This document shows positions 60,491 to 64,000 of a stretch of 64,000 nucleotides of DNA, piece after piece. Under the pieces are notes generated by a model. The model did not search any database, had not been told where the DNA came from, and was given only the letters and a program-made list of their open reading frames with translations. Position 1 is the stretch's first letter. Every line of letters starts with the position of its first letter. Origin of the DNA: Camelus dromedarius (lineage: Eukaryota); the NCBI RefSeq assembly GCF_036321535.1, contig NC_087447.1, positions 51,772,001 through 51,836,000 on the forward strand, given 5' to 3'. The position numbers were made by a program, and so were the translations under genes.

Positions 60491-63400
60491 CTGTGGAAAG
60501 GAGAAAGAGCCCTGTGAATGAAAAAGGAAGGGAAGGTGTCCTCATCCCAAACTGGGCTGTCAGAAGACGAGGAAATACTAAGAGCAGAGGCAGTGGTCCA
60601 GCAGCATCCTCCTCCTCCTCACACACCTCCTCCCCCTCTGCCCCCACCCCCAGGGAGCAGGGCTGTGGTGCCAGGCTCTGGACCTGCCCCTGCTCCTGGA
60701 GTTGCCTGCAGGCCACTCCCCATCACAGCCTGGGCAGTAGCTGCCCCACTTCCAGGAGGCGTGGCCACCTATGGTGCAGGAGTTCGACTCTAGCCGTCCA
60801 GCAAGGCCGGCTCTGGGGCAGTGAGCACCACTGCCTTCCTTCTCTTTGGTGGCTCCTGCTGTCATCACCTCCCTCAAAGCTTTGTTGAATGAAGCTCTGC
60901 TTCCTGAAGACGTCTCTGAAGCCCTGGACCGTGAGTCACTGTACTAATGGTAAAAGCACAAATGTATTTGGAGCTGTCCCTTAAGACTGGTCCCAGCTCC
61001 TCCTGCCTGCCCTTCCAAGTCCTCCGAGGACAATGTTCCCCAACTCACCACTCTCTACTGGTCTTTTCCTCTCTTAATTCATATCTTAAACTCACGTCTG
61101 TTGTGTTAGAAAGGAAGCAAGATATTAAAGACAGATAATAATTTAGAGTGCTACGCCCCAAGCCAAGGGCATTATTCATTTGGCTGGCTCTCTAGGCTTA
61201 GTCCAAATTCCTTAGCATAACTTACAAGGCCCTTCTCAGTCTGACCTATTTCCTGCTTTCCTCCTCCCGGACCCCAGGCACATGGAAGCTTCATCAGCCT
61301 ATGAATACACCAGCCCCTTTTATGATTCTCTGTTTTGGCTTATACTGCTCCTTCCGCCTGGATTTCACTTCTACTCCTCTGGCACTCATACGCAGACTTT
61401 AAGACCCTACACGGATATCATAATATCATATTCTCTCTGAAACCTTCCTGGACGTGGTCATTTTTCTGGGTGCCAACAGCACGTGGCCCATGCGTCACTA
61501 TATCCACTGTTACCCTGCTTCCCTGCCTGGCCCCTGGGCTTCTAAGAACAGTGACTGACAATATTACGTCGAGTGTCCTAGCATTTACCCAGGGTCACAG
61601 GTACACAGAAAGTCCTGAGTCTGTCTTTGCAGAATAAGCAAAAACATTGATTCAGCACACAATAATTCCAATAGCAAAACTTTTTGTTCAAAAGAAAGGT
61701 TTACAGATGTAATTTCTGGCGATGTGATAGCTAGTGGGGGATAATGTTTTAGTGGTGGTGATGGTGGCTTTCTACAGTTATTCAAAGCATTTCATAGGGG
61801 ATATAGTTCTGTTTCCACTCCCTGTTAGCTGACCTATTTTGGTACCCTTCTCACGGCCCTGGGCAGAATCACCAGCTCATTAATGATCCACAGCATTAAC
61901 GACTCTCCAGTCCCTTCTGATGCTGGGCAGGACAATTTCTGCCAGGTACAACAGAAAAAGCCATGGGCCTCTGGGGAAAAACTGTTCCACTGACAGCTGT
62001 ATTGACCTCCAAAATGAGTCCCCATTGCAGGTCCCATAGTGGACTTGATGTTTGTTAACAGAATCGATGGCTTCACTACTCCATTAGACTTGCAAGATGA
62101 ACTCTCTAATGGCAGAGGAGAGAGGGTTCACGCTAGGGGATGGAGAAGCCACGGCGCCAGGGATGAACGCAAGCTGCTTCCTGAGAAGACATAAGGAAGG
62201 TGCAAAGGGTTTGCAACCTTTGGTGCAATTCTACGTTGTCCTTGGTCTTGTAGACTCCTCTTCTGCCACCCAGCCCTTGGATGGGGCGTCCTTCAGGGTT
62301 CTGCCCCAGACCTTCCTACGACTTCACTCTCACTCTGGGGAATTTCCGGGGGTATCCTGTCCACTCTCACGGCTTCCATTACCACCTATGTGATGACAAC
62401 TCGCAAATCTTAATCTCCAGCTCAGTTCTCCCTCCTGGGCTCCCTGCTGTAAACCCCTACGTCTGCTGGGCATCTCCATCCAGCTGTCCAACAAGCAGGT
62501 CAAACTCAACAATCTAAACGGAACTCCCACTCTCCCTGCATCCCCTACCTCAGTGAAGCCCTCCAACTGGTTCTCCAAGCCAGAAACCCAGGCATCATCT
62601 AGGGCTCTCCCCAGCTTCTCAACAACCATGTCCTGTCGTGATGTCACTGCCCTGCCTGAAATTCTTCAGTGGATCTTTGTTATCCTCAGGATGACTTACA
62701 AAGGTCTCTCTTTTAAAAACCATTTTCCCATTTTTTTTCTTCAACTTCTTTTTTCTCACCAGTACTTCCTTGTGTTTCAGACAGAATTTCAAGAAAATAC
62801 CAACTTCTTTCTCATCTTCCATACATTAGGCTATAAACTCAGTAAGGGCAGAGATATTATTTCTTTTGGGAAAGTTTATCCCCAGCATCAAGCCCAGTGG
62901 GTGACAAAATTCCATAAAAATGTGTTGATGAAACACACACAGCACACAGAAGAACGTCTACTCCCTCAATAACACTCACTGACTACTCATTCCCTTCAGA
63001 ATGAGGTGCAGGTTCCCCAGTCTGACAAGCACCGTCATTTGGTCACAACCTACATATCCTGCCTTGTCACCCAGTCTATCCTTCACATGCCCTATGTTGA
63101 GAGCTTGGGTGTGGGTCTCCATAAAGGAAGAGTGACCCATCCTCAGCTCTGGGGCCCTCTGCCTCCAGCTCAGGCTAGGGAACCCGATCTGTGGCCCGGT
63201 CTGTTTACTCACAGAGCTGGAGAAATCATTTCACCTGAGTCTCAGTTTCCTTATTTACAAATTGACAGCTGGTAGGTAGAAGGATGACATGCATCAGGGG
63301 TCGAGAAAACACTGCATGTTACAGGTACTCAAAGCGTGTTCTAGTCCCTGCCATATTCCCGGTGCCTAGAACGGTCCCAGTACATAGCAGGTATTCATAG

Positions 63401-63714
63401 TGTTGCATGAATAAAATAATTTCCACTGGCACAAAAATCCACATCTGGTTGTTTCTTGTGGTCAAAATCAGAGAGGTTTTCAAGGTCTGTTAAAAAGACG
63501 AAGTAAGGGTTAGGAGGAGCTGGACCCACAGACACTTGGAATTCCACTCCTCTGACATAAAGCCATGTCTATGAAACCAGTCAGTTCCATAATGACCTGC
63601 AGTCCCAGAAAAGTTCTTTCAGGGGTGTTTTAGCACTCAACTTTGCCCAAGTCCTACATCAGCTTTCAACTTCAAAAGATTTCTACCTGAATCCATATGA
63701 TTATTCCTTGGTGC

Positions 63715-63920
63715 ATTTACTGTGTTGAAAAGAGTCCCCCTAAACCTCATGGCACCTCAGATTGTGACCTTATTTGAAAACCAGGTCTTTGCAGATATAA
63801 TTAGTTTAAATGAGGTCTATTGGATTAGCGTGGGCCCTAATCCAATGACTGGTGTTCTTATAAGAAGAGAAAACAGAGACACACAGGGAGAACATGATGG
63901 GATGACAGAGGTAGAAACTG
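63715..63920 (+). mobile_element. MLT1 (MaLR) LTR fragment, followed by an L1 fragment running to the window end
   Basis: gattgtgaccttatttgaaaa...gtctttgcagatataatt...gggccctaatccaatgactggtgttcttataagaagag. Confidence 0.8.
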
Positions 63921-64000
63921 GATAAACAAAATGTGGTATATCCATACAAGGGAATATTATTCAGCCATATAAATGAATGAAATACTAATACATGCTACAG

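Larger units (their letters stand above)
39915..64000 (-). other. GAB2: GAB2 gene, 3' portion; the PH-domain exons lie beyond the right edge
   Basis: Partial CDS complement join(60490..60247,49214..48622,47453..47359,46342..46078,45203..45113,44943..44841,44105..43980,43248..43105). Introns are GT-AG and in frame. Motifs include Grb2-binding PPPRPPKP and PPVNRNLKP, YxxM sites, and SHP2 sites VDYLAL and VDYVQV. Confidence 0.96.

Overview
Mammalian genomic DNA, probably from a camelid (it carries a tRNA-derived Vic-1-like SINE, and I saw no Alu, B1, Bov-tA or PRE-1 elements). Two genes converge tail-to-tail. USP35 (+ strand) has 10 coding exons from 178 to 38082, giving a 3183-nt CDS (1060 aa) with intact Cys, QQD and His boxes. 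The 3' part of GAB2 (- strand) has 8 coding exons from 60490 to the stop at 43105, with a 3'UTR reaching about 39915. The USP35 intron at 10566-33797 (23 kb) is largely a nest of antisense LINE-1 material. Inside it are three copies of a composite, ORF1-only (HAL1-like) retroelement. Its order is L1 5'UTR, ORF1, inverted ORF2/3' pieces, apparently non-L1 segments, an internal poly(A), then a borrowed L1MC-like tail. One copy is full length with a 16-bp target-site duplication (TSD), one is 5'-truncated with its own imperfect TSD, and one is a probably older variant with a different tail. USP35 also has a 33-bp coding tandem repeat in its acidic catalytic-domain insertion. Repeat-family names come from remembered consensus sequences, not a database search, and repeat boundaries without a stated TSD are approximate.
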